Of a stretch of 64,000 nucleotides of DNA, positions 12,250 to 26,000 are shown piece after piece. Each line of letters opens with the position of its first letter. Position 1 is the first letter of the stretch. A model generated the notes under the pieces. The model was not told the origin of the DNA and searched no databases. It worked only from the letters and a program-made list of their open reading frames with translations. A program made the position numbers and the translations under genes. Source of the DNA: Octopus sinensis (taxonomy: Eukaryota); assembly GCF_006345805.1 (NCBI RefSeq), contig NC_043008.1, forward strand, positions 48,794,001 to 48,858,000, written 5' to 3'.

Positions 12250-13320
12250 ATCACTGCTAACTGTCATTGGGTGATTACCTGTCTGTCGATGAGTCATTAG
12301 CTGACTGTTAATGGGTGATTAGTGGGCGGGGTGGTGGGTGATAAGCTGTCTGTCATTTGGGGGTTGGCTGTCTTTTAATGGGTGGATTAACTCTTTCTTA
12401 ATGGATGATTAGCTATTCTGGCAGAGAGTGATTAGCTGTCTGTCAGTGGGTGATTAGGTCCACTGTTAAGGAGTGATTAACTGTCTGTTGGTGGATGGAT
12501 TATCTTTGTTGTTGGGTGGTATAGCTGTCAGTATGTGATTAGCTAGCTGTCATTGGGTGATTATCTGTCTGTTGCTGGAGGATTGGCTGTCTGGTAACGA
12601 GGAGATTAGTTCTCAGTTAATGAGTGGTTTGCTCTCTGTTGATGGGCGATTATCAGTGGATTAGTTGTTTGTGGATGACTGGTAGATTAGCCCCTGTCGA
12701 TGGCTGTCTCAGTGAAGATTAGTTGAGTGGATTTGTGGGTAATTAGCTGCCTGTTGGTGAGTGGATCAGCAGAACTGTCTGTGAGTGATTGACTATCTGT
12801 TTATGAATGGATGATTGATTATTTGTTGGTAAGGGATTAGCTGATTGTGTGGGGGTTAACAGCTGTCTGTCAGTAAATGGATTAGCCGTATTGGTGGAGG
12901 ATAAGCTATCTTTAAAAAGTGATTAGTTGTCTGTTAAAGAATGATTAACTGTTAGTGGCAGATTAATCCTCTGTCAGTGAGTGGACCGGCTGTGTTGGTG
13001 GGGGGTTGGCTATCTGTTAATAGGGGATTATCTGTGTATTAATAAGTGATTAGTTCACTGTTAAAGAGGATCAGATAGCTTTCAGTCAGTGGATTATTAG
13101 CTATCTCTTGGTGGCTGAATTAGCTCTGTCATTGGGTGGATTAGCTGTTTGTTAGGGGCTGGATGAACAGTCCGTCATTGGGTGGAATAGCTGTCTGTCA
13201 GTAGCTTGATGGGCTGTCAAGATGGAGGTGGGGACTGGATGAACTGTCTCTCTGTGGTTGATAGAATGAATAAGAGCCTTTCTTTCGGCATGTGTTTAGC
13301 TGTGTTTTACAGGTGATTGG
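12250..13320. repeat. Degenerate minisatellite, unit about 22-27 bp (like GCTGTCTGTCAGTGGGTGATTA)
   Basis: The ctgtctgt/gtggattagc motifs recur with short periodicity over about 1.1 kb. The unit length was estimated by eye. Confidence 0.7.
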
Positions 13321-16099
13321 CTGCTCCTTGAGGGGGACTTTCCCATTTCTGGAAAGAGAAGGAATTGACTCTTTTGCATCTTTTTTATTGGTGACAGCAA
13401 CTCAAATGAAAGAAACGACCGTAATTGGAAACTAAATTACAAACTTCCCCTGATAGTCATTGAACGGTGCTTCTACTTACATCATCATCATTACCATCAT
13501 CATTGTTTTAACATCCACTTTTCCTTGCTTGCATAAGGAGTTTGTCGTGGGCAGATTTTGTATGGCTGGGATGCCCTTCCTGTCACCAGTGCTCACCTCT
13601 TTCCTATCATGGTAGTATTTCCTGATAATTAGACATACGAAACAAACTTCTTGTATGGTGGTGATACTCATTTGTAACCATCTTGTGATGTCAAGAAAGA
13701 GCACACACACACACACATGCACAATGGGCTTCTTTCAGTTTCCATTTACCAAATCCACTCACAAGGTTTTGGTTGGCCTAGTGTTATAGTAGAGGAGACT
13801 TGCCCAAGGTGCAATTCAGTGGGATCAAACCTGAGTCCAATGATTGGGAAACAAGCTTCTTAGTTACCCAGCACACCTGCACCTTGTGTGTGTGTGTGTG
13901 TCTGTTTGGGAAAATATGTTTTCTTGTTTGATTATCTGTAAAGTACAATGTGAAACACATCCAGTGCACCCTGTTATAGGGTTGAGATTAGGAAGGGTAT
14001 CCAGCTGTAGAAACTATGCCAAAGCAGGCACAGAACTTGGCTGAGACCCCTGTTCGTCTGTTCTTGTCCAACCAATGCCAGTATTGGAAAAGGGGACATT
14101 AAATGATGATGATGATGACGATGTGAATTCTAACTTTTGCCATCACAAATAGTTTCCTGTGCAGGGTAGTGAATATTTAGTGTGATTCTCACCTGAATCA
14201 GATGTTTTATTTAATCAAGGCAGGTAAAGTAGGGTCCATTGCATTTCTTGAGTTCTCCCAGTATGAACTTCTTTAGACTGATGTCTGCAAGAGAAGACTG
14301 TGCAGTCTGTAGTTCCAGGGATTACAATAATGTGAACCCTGTCAAATAGTTGGCCAGGTGGTGATATTAAACAAAGTTGTTAAGGTGGTGAGCTGGCAGA
14401 ATCCTTAGTTTCTTGGGAAAAATACTTTGTTGCATTCCTAAGTTCAAATTCTGTTGAGGCTTTGACTTTCAGAGTCAATAAATTAAGTACCAGTTGAGTA
14501 CTGAGGGTCAATGTAATTGACTTAGAGCCTCCCCTGAAATTGCCAGCCTTGTGCCAAAATTTGAAACCAATATTTCTTTATTGCCCACAGGGGGCTAAAC
14601 ATAGAGGGGACAAACAGACAAACAAAAGGATTAAGTCAATTATATCGACCCCAGTGCATCACTTGTACTTATTTAATTAACCCTGAAAGGACGAACGGCA
14701 AAGTTGACCTTGGCAGAATTTGAACTCAGAACCTAACGGCAGACGAAATACCACTAAGTATCTCGCCTGGCATGCTAATGATTCTGCCAGCTCGCCACCC
14801 TGATTTGAAACCAATATTAAACGAAGTCACATACGGAAGTCTACAACCTGCAACCTTCTATGTTGATTGACTGTCCAGAAACTGACCTTCTCTTCAGACT
14901 CCCCAAATTACTGATCTTCTACAAAGTTCAGGTAAATCTCATACTGGAGCACTTCTCTCAAATTTAGATCAGTGCTGCTGCTGCTGCTTCTTCTACAAAT
15001 ACAGACCACATCCCAAGAAAGGCTACTTAATTGGTTTATAAACTCAATCAGCAACACACTCTAACTTCTGACCCATAGATCTGCTGGCTTCACCCTCCTC
15101 TTTTTTTCACTGCGACTTGAGTGGCTCCTGTTTCCCTTAGCTGACTACACTTGTGTCACATCACCTCCACTCACACTCCTTCACATATTCACTTGTCTTG
15201 CTACCTCTCTTCACATATACTACAATAACCAGCCAGTCCTTCTTCCCCACTTTAAACTCTCACAAATGTGAACAAGGATTCCAGTTAGGATCAATATTAA
15301 GCTGCTGTAAGGTAAAGATATTACTAAAAGCAACAACTAAAAGCAATATATTTCAACATTCTGATGAGTGCTTTGATGACCTCTCTAAATAATATATATG
15401 TATATATATGTGCAGCATTTCATACAGAGTGCTGGGGGTGAAGATCACAAGGGCAAATTAGGGTTAAGAGTGGGTGAGTGGGGTAAAAATGATATGAAAA
15501 GGTATCTGGTTGAACAACAAAATGTCTGATCAAAACAACAAACATCACTGACCTTGTTAATTGATAGTAGACCTGTGTATTGTCACTGATTTTTTTCATG
15601 GTCAACTTTTTCCCATTGCTGGCAATATTGTAGGAAATATTCCCAGAGATAAAACAGCCGTTTATTGATAACATGTTTCTTGTTTAATGTACGAGTTTGT
15701 TTGGTGATGGCACATAATAAAGGCTTTCATTGCAGGCCTGTAGCACTAGGCTTATTTTAGTGGTCAGAGTCAAGACTAAATTTATTTTTACCTTAGTCTA
15801 GGATGGATAGTGTTCCATGGCCTTTTCCAGGGATCTCTGAAGATGATATGAGAAAAGAAAGGATTTCTCTGTAGACTGGCCACCACGCTTACAACAGAGT
15901 GGACTCAACTAAAGCAGATTAAACCACATTTTAATTTTATCTCCCTACAACAGGAATATAGTCCACCCACCATGCTTTCATATTGTTTCTCTCTTCCAAA
16001 TTTCACACTTGAGGTTTTGGTCGATCGAAGGTCTTGGTGAAATCTACTTGCTTGAGGTGCCCAGTTGGGGGACTGCACCTGAAAATACACAATCGCAAA

Positions 16100-16833
16100 G
16101 CAAACTTGTTATTCACCAATTATAAAGCTACTTTTACAAAGCACTGACCAATATCATGAAACATCTCTGCAAACTAACAAGGAAATCTTTTTGAGGTTGC
16201 TGAACTTTCTAGAAATAGCAGCTAAATCTCCCTTATAGTGTAGCTTTAAGTACAACCTAAGAAAGACAAGATGGCAAAGAGTGGAAAACTGTTGATCAGT
16301 GGTCTTCTCAATTATACTTGACCTGTGGTTAAACAGCAGCAATGACAACCAACATAAGAATCACTCCTGATCCTGGCAGAAATTTTTCTCATCTGAGAAA
16401 AACCAAAGCATGTTCGGTGGGAGGGGATGCTTGAGTTTGTTCAAAAGCTTCATAGTGGGGTCTTTCCTCTTATCCTTGATGGCTTGGCATAAAAGCTGGC
16501 CCTTTCTTATCTTGTATGAGGAATACCAAATGTCTTCATGCACTACTTGCCTAAGAAACTCAGACACTCCCATATCCCTGGTGATGGTCCTCAGATTTGC
16601 ATCCAAACACTCTGAAATGTTCATATTAGAGCTTCCGGCCTGAATGCCAAGCAGTGCAGCATGTCATTTCCAAATTTCTGGCAGAGTGAATTGTGTCATG
16701 GTGCTGTTTTTCTCACAAACAAACAATGCTCAAATGACCCTACTATACTGTGGAGTTGACAAAATCAAATACAAAGAACGTGCATGCACAAAATTAAAAA
16801 TATAAAATGGTGACAATTTACCCATCACACCGT
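16100..16833 (-). mobile_element. Degenerate Tc1/mariner-superfamily transposase relic
   Basis: ORF 16361-16624 has an HTH-like segment followed by KLLNKLKHPLPPNMLWFFSDEKNFCQDQ, with the first catalytic D in an FSDEK motif. Boundaries are approximate. Confidence 0.6.
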
Positions 16834-17019
16834 GTGTGTGTGTAGATCAAGATTGGAGCATGGTGCAGCCATCTGGTTCGCCAACCCTCAGTCAAAATCG
16901 TCCAACCCATGCTAGCATGGAAAGCGGGCATTAAACGATGATGATGATGATGATATATATAGATATACACACACACACACTGATTACATAAGACATATGA
17001 AGTTTAGAGAGGAATGAAG

Positions 17020-17275
17020 CTTGTATGCTCAGCTGGATGTGCAATGTCAGTGTATATGTGCAACAGAGTGCTAGTGTATTGAAGTTGGGCGCAAGAGGTA
17101 TTAGATGCAATGTGTACGAGAGAAGTGAGTGCTGGTTTGGTCATGTGATGCTTATGAATGTAGACAGTTGCATACAGAATTGCCAATTACTTAAAGTGGA
17201 TGGAAGTCCTGCAAGAGGGAGAGCCAGGAAGACATGGGATGAAGAATATTGAAAGCTGATCTCAAAAGAGACGAG
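17020..17275 (+). mobile_element. RTE-like LINE ORF2 C-terminal fragment
   Basis: MLSWMCNVSV...IRCNVYERSECWFGHVMLM...ARGRARKTWDE is homologous to the 38680-38900 segment of the larger LINE copy. Confidence 0.7.
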
Positions 17276-18386
17276 AAAGGACTGAGATATCTGCTGCCTT
17301 TCTCTACTCAAGAAGATCTGCCTACCACAGCAGAATTGATACTGGTGCAGGGGCCACACAAGATTAGCACTGGTGCAGGGGCTATGTTAAAAGCACTCGT
17401 GCTGGTGCCACATAAAAAATGCCCTTTTATACTGTGTGGAGTGGTTGGCATTAGGCTAAGTGTCCAGCCATAAAAAACCATGCCAGAACAGACAATGGTG
17501 TTTGGTGCAGGCCCCCCCCCAGCCTTACCAGCTCCAGTCAGACCATCCAAACTATGCCAGGATTGAAAACGGATGTTAAATGATGATGAATGATGTGTGT
17601 GTGTGTCTTTGTGTATCCTCCGCTACTGCTTGACAACCGGTGTTGGTATGTTTACATCCCTGTAACCTAGTGGTTCGGCAAAAGTGACTGATAGAATAAG
17701 TACCAGGCTTTAAAGAAAAACGTACTGGGGTCAATTGATTTGACCAAAAGTTCTTCAAGATGGTGCCCCAGCATGGCCATAGCCAAGTGATTGAAAGAGA
17801 GAAGATAAATTGAAGCCTTTGTATTTTGGCTCTTTCCTATTCTCCCAGTAACTAATGGAACCAATGAGAAATCTCCAAGGCCCATTCCATTCTATTCCCA
17901 CAATGTTTCAAAAAACTTCCATCCTCCATTGCCGTCACTGCAATCCCAGTTTCACACAACCATTCCAGAATCTAACAAGCAATTTAATCTTTCTGTGAAG
18001 GTGGTGATTGTGGGGAGTGGTTGAGGTGGTAGTGATGTCAGGTGGGATGGGTTCTTGTTGATGTTGGGGAAGGAAGCAGGGAGAAAGAGGAAGGGTTGTC
18101 TTCTGGAGGTACTTAATTATCAGCTGCAAATAGTCTTCGTGGTGGTTGACATCAATGGCCAATTTTGGTTGGATGTTGGAACTGGTGGTGGTGGTGGTGG
18201 TTGGAGTGGTGCCAGTGGTTGTATAGCAATGATGGTGGTAGTTGCATGTTCTGCTCTTTTCAAATAAGATGTGTTTTTTGCTTGTCCTCTCCCCCTCTCT
18301 CTCTCTTTTTATCTTTCTCTTTCTCATTAAATAACATTAATTTTTAAATACAACTCAACTAACCCATTAAAATATTAATTTAGTTG

Positions 18387-18430
<44 letters not shown>

Positions 18431-21400
18431 TGCCTTACTCTCTCCCCTCTTCCTCATCTCTCCTCCCCTCCTCTTCCTCTCACTCCATCTCCTGTCTCTC
18501 CTTCCCCTTCATTTCTTCTACATCTTCTCTTCAGGTTTTCTTTTCCCCCTCTTGCTTTACCTCTTCCTATTTCTCCATAGTTCTTCATCTTCTCCACACT
18601 CTCTCTCTCTCTCTCTCTCTCACTTCTCGATTTTTTTTTCTTTTGCTTGTCTTTTAGAAAAATTACCTTTAATTGATTTTTTTTGCCGTTCCTCCCCCAC
18701 CCCACCGCATCCCCACTCCACCACAGAGGTAAACACTTCCTGACACTTAGCTTTGTATTTCAAAATAAAAGAAGTGCATTTACATGTGCGTGTGCATGTA
18801 TATATACGTACACATATCTGTGTGTGTGTGTGTGTGTAAGAATATATATGCAAGAATATAGGAGAGTATTTGAGTTGCTGACGGAAAATGGGAACATTTT
18901 TTTTAACAGAAGACTAAAAGCTACAAGAAGAATGACTTATTGATTGTGTTCTTCGATTCTAAACCTTATCTGGTATGGGTTGGATTGGTCTTGAAATTTT
19001 CATATTTACCTATATACTGTCAATGGTCAGAAATAGTAAGCATTTTAGTAAATGTTTTACATTTTCTAGCATTCTCTCTCTCTCTCCCCTTTTTGAGATC
19101 TGATTTTGCAGCAGTGACCCTTGCCTATGATCCTTAAAATATTTTATCTGCTATCTTGTTCCAGTCCTTAGTCTGTGGCCATGCTGGGGTACCATGTTGA
19201 AGAATTCTTAGTTGAATGAATCAGCCTCTGTACCTTTTGGTTATCTTAAGCCTGGTACTTATTCTGTTGGCCTCTTTTGCTGCACTGCTAAGTTATGGGG
19301 ACATAAACCAACAAGCGGTGCTGGGGGACAAACAGACACAAGGACACACACACACACACACACATGATGGCCTTCTTTCAGTTTCCTTGTACCAAATCCA
19401 CTCACAAGATTTACTTTCTCCACCCCCACCCAGCCCCTTTCTCCCTGCCAGTTGTGGATTTGTCCCAGAATCCTGGAACAAGACTATATCAGAAGGTGTA
19501 ACCTCATTATTGAAGTCTCCAAGAATAAAGATAAAGATTTGAGTTGTATTAGTTAAGGGTTTCAATCCTCTCAGAATACTTGTGCAACTTCTAACCAAAT
19601 AATGTTGGATGTCATTGAGTTAGAAATAATGCAAAACTGAATTCAGTTTCCAATTAAACAAACACCCCACGTGGGATGCTGAGAAACCTTTCCTTATATT
19701 GTGACATTATTTGATGGTACAGGTAACCATGCACACCAGTACTGTTTGTTAGAGGGAGACAGTTGACCTTCCCATATAGAGTGACACTGTTTGATGGTAG
19801 AAGTGGTTTACCATGGAGACCTGCCCTACCCTCAGAATAAAACAACTAGTCTGAGGCTATTTGATGTATATTCAAAGATTTCTTAGACAGGTATACAATT
19901 GGTCCTTGGTCCTATCAAGTCAGGTGTTGTGATTACCGAGATATTCTCAAATTGAAAGAATCAACCAAATCCTCAGAGTTTAAGTAACAATTTGTTTTAC
20001 TCTCAGTTTGATACACACAAACAGGAACAGCTGAATTTTGGATTTCAAGTAACAAGGACTTAGGCTCCACCACTCTCACACTGGTTGTCTGTATTTCCAT
20101 GTCCCCCACACAGCACTGCTAGATAATTATTGACCCCAAACTGAGGCTAATCTGTTCTTTTGACATGTTTTTGTCCTGCCGAGTTACAGCAACCTTCATC
20201 TTTTGGCTAGTTTGGTGGGGGAAGGGTCAGCTTACTTTCGGATGGCAGACCATGTCACATGTTGGACCTGTTACTGAAGCATCCAAAAACAATTGACGGA
20301 ATGAAATGGGTGAAAATCTTTCTACCTCAAAAGATTGTTCTGTTGGCTGGTTTTGAACCCTGTCTCTTCCCTACTCCCCCAGTTCATAACTGGGGTCCTA
20401 ACAAACAGGATCTCATAAGGCCCACTTCTTGTGATAACCAAACTTCAACTAATAACCTTGTAGCACTCACGTGACTCTTTCAATGTCAGGCTTTGGCTGT
20501 CAGGTATCATCTCAGCTTCAACACTTTGATGATGTGATTGTTTATTTTTAGAATGGTGCAGGTAGCACGTAAAAAACACCTTTTGAGTGTGGTCATTGCC
20601 AGAACTGCCTGACTGGCCCTCGTGCCGGTGGCACGTAAATAGCACCCACTACACTTTCGGAGTGGTTGGCGTTAGGAAGGGCATCCAGCTGTAGAAACTT
20701 TGCCAGATCAGATTGGAGCCTGGCACAGCCTTCTGGCTTACCAGTCCTCAATCAAACCGTCCAACCCATACCAGTATGGAAAGTGGATGTTAAACGATGA
20801 TGATGATATTATCGGATATGTGTGAGAGGCCAGATCTTGTTGGTTTGAACATAAAACAGAGTATTTGGTCTGGATTTGGCTGGTTTCAATGCTAAAGAGT
20901 TAAGCAACAGAGTAGTAGTTGTAGGTACCAACCATCTTTCTCCTGCAATGGTCTTCTCAGCGCTGCTCTGTTTTCTACTAAACATTAAAAAAAAGAAAGA
21001 AATTCTTATGACTTGAGAAACTTAAATGGTATTGTAACACCCCAAGAAACATTGTTATTATTGTTGTTGTTGTTACTATTATTATTATTATTATTGTTGT
21101 TGTTGTTGTTGTTGTTGTTATTACTATTGTGTTTAAGGTGTTGAGCTGGGAGAATTGTTAAGATGCCAGGCAAACTACTTAGTTGCATTTTGTCTGTCTT
21201 TGTATTCTGAGTTCAAATTCTACTGAAGTCGACTTTGCCTTTCATCCTTTTGGGATTGATAAATTAAGTACCAGTGTTTCACTGGGGGAGTCAATGTAAT
21301 TGATTATCCCCCTCCCCCAAATTTGAGGCCTCTTGCCTTTAGTAGAAAGAATTATTATTATTAATATAATTGTAAGCCAGTCTAAAGTAAAGTGCTTAGA

Positions 21401-21462
21401 GATTTCATGTGTTCACATGTGTTACATCTCCATTTTCTACAGGTATCAACCCAACTGAAGTG

Positions 21463-21657
21463 ATGCAGTCCCTTCGAAAACTAGCAACCTCCTCATTGGT
21501 CTGGAATCGGCTGGAATGCAAGCTACAAACATCTATTGCAACCACGGCAGCAGCAGCAACAGCTGCTGCTACCATCAGTGGGAAATATTCCACGTTAGCT
21601 CAGCAGTTCTTAGAGGCAAACCAAAAGAAACAATTCCGCACACAGATTCAAGACCCT
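21463..21657 (+). CDS. DAP3: DAP3/mS29 coding exon 1 (exon starts at 21443); mitochondrial-presequence-like N-terminus
   Basis: Acceptor ttctacag|G at 21442/21443, ATG at 21463, donor CCT|gtaagt. Encodes MQSLRKLATSS...KKQFRTQIQDP; FRTQIQDP aligns with DAP3 ISRTNENDP. Phase 0. Confidence 0.8.
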
Positions 21658-22479
21658 GTAAGTTAATATTTCTTATGATAGGACGGGTTGGGGGTGGTGA
21701 GCAGAATTACACAGCAGGGGTAGGAGAGAGAGAGAGAGAGAGAGAGAAACTTACAAGATTAGTTTGTGGTATTTAATTTTATTGCTTTGCATTTCAGACG
21801 TTGTCGAATCCTTGCTTGGGTCAACTTTCATTGAAACGAGGTCACCACAGACTATTACCAGTAATACATTACGATGCCATCAATTGATCAAAATTCAATC
21901 ATAACCCAGATTCTTGGCTTCTTAAACATCTTAGTGTTTTGGCTGTCTGTGAAATATTTGCTTTCCAACAATAATTCTCACACTTCACAAACATTCAATG
22001 CTTCCAGTTATTTTTTTTGTCTGTCTGTCTGTCTGTCTATCTTTTCATTTCTTCTTTTTCTCTCTTTCTCCTTCTCCCTCCCATTCTTGCCTCTGATTTC
22101 TTTTTTTTTTTTTTTTGACACTTTCTTTTCCTTTTTCTTTGCCTCTCACAACTTTCTCTCTCTCTCTCTCTGCTTTGTTTCCCCACCCTCTCTGTATCTC
22201 TGCTTTGTTTTCTCCTCCTCTCCCCCCTCTCTCTCTCAAATAACCAGCAGACTTCAGTATTTCAAGAATACTAAAGAGAAATGTCAAAGAGAAGACTCAA
22301 CACTCCTGCAACAATTGAAGCACTGAAGTCAGAATAGATGATGGTAATGGCAGTGGTGGTGGTGGTGGTGGTGGCAGCGGAGGTGGTGAAATAACTTACT
22401 GGCGGTAGTTGATAGTTTCTGTTACCTAGGTGATCTACTTAGTATTGGGGGTAGGGTGGTTGGAATAGGAAGTTTAAGG

Positions 22480-22995
22480 AGTTGCTGTTTGTGGTTGGTA
22501 ATCGGGATTATATCATCATGGAAAAATGTAGACGGGCGATGTTGCATGTTCATGTGACATGGGGCATTGCACGGGAAGAGGAGTTGTGGAGGCTGATGAG
22601 GATGGTCTTTTGGAGGTGTGTGATGTTACATGTTTGTGTGACATGTGGTAAGAATGGATCAATTGGATGATATGTCTGAAAAGTGACCCGTGTGCGAACA
22701 GCAGATGACTGTGAAGCAATCAGGTGATGTGTACAGGTGAGGAGATTGTATTCTTTTGGAAGGTGGGAGTGTTTGGTGTTGGTTGGAAATGATTTCTGTC
22801 TTTGTGTAAAAGTTGGTCTGTTTTGATGTGTAAAGTTACTGGCCAAAGGAATGGCAGAGCATCAGTGAGCTGAGAGAATGGCTTAAGGTTGATGTAGATT
22901 GGAAAGGTGACTTCAGGATATGACTTGTGAGCTGACTGGAAATGTGTTGTTGCATGATGGTTAATGGATGATAGCTGTGGCATAGGAAGAAATGG
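22480..22995 (-). mobile_element. Possible highly degenerate Penelope-like RT C-terminal relic
   Basis: Minus-strand translations contain LPFL and HGSLFRHIIQLIHSYHMSH...SH.SK, loosely resembling the Penelope LPFLD...S.YxKPTxSHSYL...SSHP region. The match is weak and frameshifted. Confidence 0.3.
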
Positions 22996-23005
22996 CCAAG
23001 AGACT

Positions 23006-26000
23006 GCCAGTACTGCCTGACTGGCTCCTGTGCTGGTGGCATGTAAAAAGCACCATTCGAGCAAGGTTGATGCCAGTACTGCCTGACTGGCTCCTGTGCT
23101 GGTGGCATGTAAAAAGCACCATTCGAGCAAGGTTGATGCCAGTACTGCCTGACTGGCTCCTGTGCTGGTGGCATGTAAAAAGCACCATTCAAGCAAGGTT
23201 GATGCCAGTACTGCCTGACTGGCTCCTGTGCTGGTGGCATGTAAAAAGCACCATTCGAGCAAGGTTGATGCCAGTACTGCCTGACTGGCTCCTGTGCTGG
23301 TGGCATGTAAAAAGCACCATTCAAGCAAGGTTGATGCCAGTACTGCCTGACTGGCTCCTGTGCTGGTGGCATGTAAAAAGCACCATTCAAGCAAGGTTGA
23401 TGCCAGTACTGCCTGACTGGCTCCTGTGCTGGTGGCATGTAAAAAGCACCATTCAAGCAAGGTTGATGCCAGTACTGCCTGACTGGCTCCTGTGCTGGTG
23501 GCATGTAAAAAGCACCATTCAAGCAAGGTTGATGCCAGTACTGCCTGACTGGCTCCTGTGCTGGTGGCATGTAAAAAGCACCATTCGAGCAAGGTTGTTG
23601 CCAGTACTGCCTGACTGGCTCCTGTGCTGGTGGCATGTAAAAAGCACCATTCGAGCAAGGTTGATGCCAGTACTGCCTGACTGGCTCCTGTGCTGGTGGC
23701 ATGTAAAAAGCACCATTCAAGCAAGGTTGATGCCAGTACTGCCTGACTGGCTCCTGTGCTGGTGGCATGTAAAAAGCACCATTCGAGCAAGGTTGATGCC
23801 AGTACTGCCTGACTGGCTCCTGTGCTGGTGGCATGTAAAAAGCACCATTCAAGCAAGGTTGATGCCAGTACTGCCTGACTGGCTCCTGTGCTGGTGGCAT
23901 GTAAAAAGCACCATTCAAGCAAGGTTGATGCAGTACTGCCTGACTGGCTCCTGTGCTGGTGGCATGTAAAAAGCACCATTCAAGCAAGGTTGATGCCAGT
24001 ACTGCCTGACTGGCTCCTGTGCTGGTGGCATGTAAAAAGCACCATTCGAGCAAGTTGATGCCAGTACTGCCTGACTGGCTCCTGTGCTGGTGGCATGTAA
24101 AAAGCACCATTCAAGCAAGGTTGATGCCAGTATGCCTGACTGGCTCCTGTGCTGGTGGCATGTAAAAAGCACCATCCAGCAAGGTTGATGCCAGTACTGC
24201 TGACTGGCTCCTGTGCTGGTGGCATGTAAAAAGCACCATTCAAGCAAGGTTGATGCCAGTACTGCTGACTGGCTCCTGTGCTGGTGGCATGTAAAAAGCA
24301 CCATTCAAGCAAGGTTGATGCCAGTACTGCTGACTGGCTCCTGTGCTGGTGGCATGTAAAAAGCACCCGAGCAAGGTTGATGCCAGTACTGCCTGACTGG
24401 CTCCTGTGCTGTGGCATGTAAAAGCACCATTCGAGCAAGGTTGATGCCAGTACTTCCTGACTGGCTCCTGTGCTGGTGGCATGTAAAAAGCACCATTCAA
24501 GCAAGGTTGATGCCAGTACTGCCTGACTGGCTCCTGTGCTGGTGGCATGTAAAAAGCACCATTCAAGCAAGGTTGATGCCAGTACTGCCTGACTGGCTCC
24601 TGTGCTGGTGCATGTAAAAAGCACCATTCGAGCAAGGTTGACAGTCAGTACTGCCTGACTGGCTCCTGTGTGGTGGCATGTAAAAAGCACCATTCAAGCA
24701 AGGTTGATGCCAGTACTGCTGACTGGCTCCTGTGCTGGTGGCATGTAAAAAGCACCATTCGAGCAAGGTTGATGCCAGTACTGCCTGACTGGCTCCTGTG
24801 CTGGTGGCATGTAAAAAGCACCATTCAAGCAAGGTTGATGCCAGTACTGCCTGACTGGCTCCTGTGTGGTGGCATGTAAAAAGCACCATTCGAGCAAGGT
24901 TGATGCCAGTACTGCCTGACTGGCTCCTGTGCTGGTGGCATGTAAAAAGCACCATTCAAGCAAGGTGATGCCAGTACTGGCCTGACTGGCTCCTGTGCTG
25001 GTGGCATGTAAAAAGCACCATTCAGCAAGGTTGATGCCAGTACTGCCTGACTGGCTCCTGTGCTGGTGGCATGTAAAAAGCACCATTCAAGCAGGTTGAT
25101 GCCAGTACTGCCTGACTGGCTCCTGTGTGGTGGCATGTAAAAAGCACCATTCAAGCAAGGTGATGCCAGTACTGCCTGACTGGCTCCTGTGAGGGTGGCA
25201 TGTAAAAAGCACCATTCGAGCAAGGTTGATGCCAGTACTGCCTGACTGGCTCCTGTTGCTGGTGGCATGTAAAAAGCACCATTCAAGCAAGGTTGATGCC
25301 AGTACTGCCTGACTGGCTCCTGTGCTGGTGGCATGTAAAAAGCACCATTCAAGCAAGGTTGATGCCAGTACTGCCTGACTGGCTCCTGTGCTGGTGGCAT
25401 GTAAAAAGCACCATTCGAGCAAGGTTGATGCCAGTACTGCCTGACTGGCTCCTGTGCTGGTGCATGTAAAAAGCACCATTCAAGCAAGGTTGATGCCAGT
25501 ACTGCCTGACTGGCTCCTGTGCTGGTGGCATGTAAAAAGCACCATTCAAGCAAGGTTGATGCCAGTACTGCCTGACTGGCTCTGTGCTGGTGGCATGTAA
25601 AAAGCACCATTCAAGCAAGGTGATGCCAGCCAGTACTGCCTGACTGGCTCCTGTGCTGGTGGCATGTAAAAAGCACCATTCGAGCAAGGTTGATGCCAGT
25701 ACTGCCTGACTGGCTCCTGTGCTGGTGGCATGTAAAAAGCACCATTCAAGCAAGGTTGATGCCAGTACTGCCTGACTGGCTCCTGTGCTGGTGGCATGTA
25801 AAAAGCACCATTCGAGCAAGGTTGATGCCAGTACTGCCTGACTGGCTCCTGTGCTGGTGGCATGTAAAAAGCACCATTCGAGCAAGGTTGATGCCAGTAC
25901 TGCCTGACTGGCTCCTGTGCTGGTGGCATGTAAAAAGCACCATTCGAGCAAGGTTGATGCCAGTACTGCCTGACTGGCTCCTGTGCTGGTGGCATGTAAA

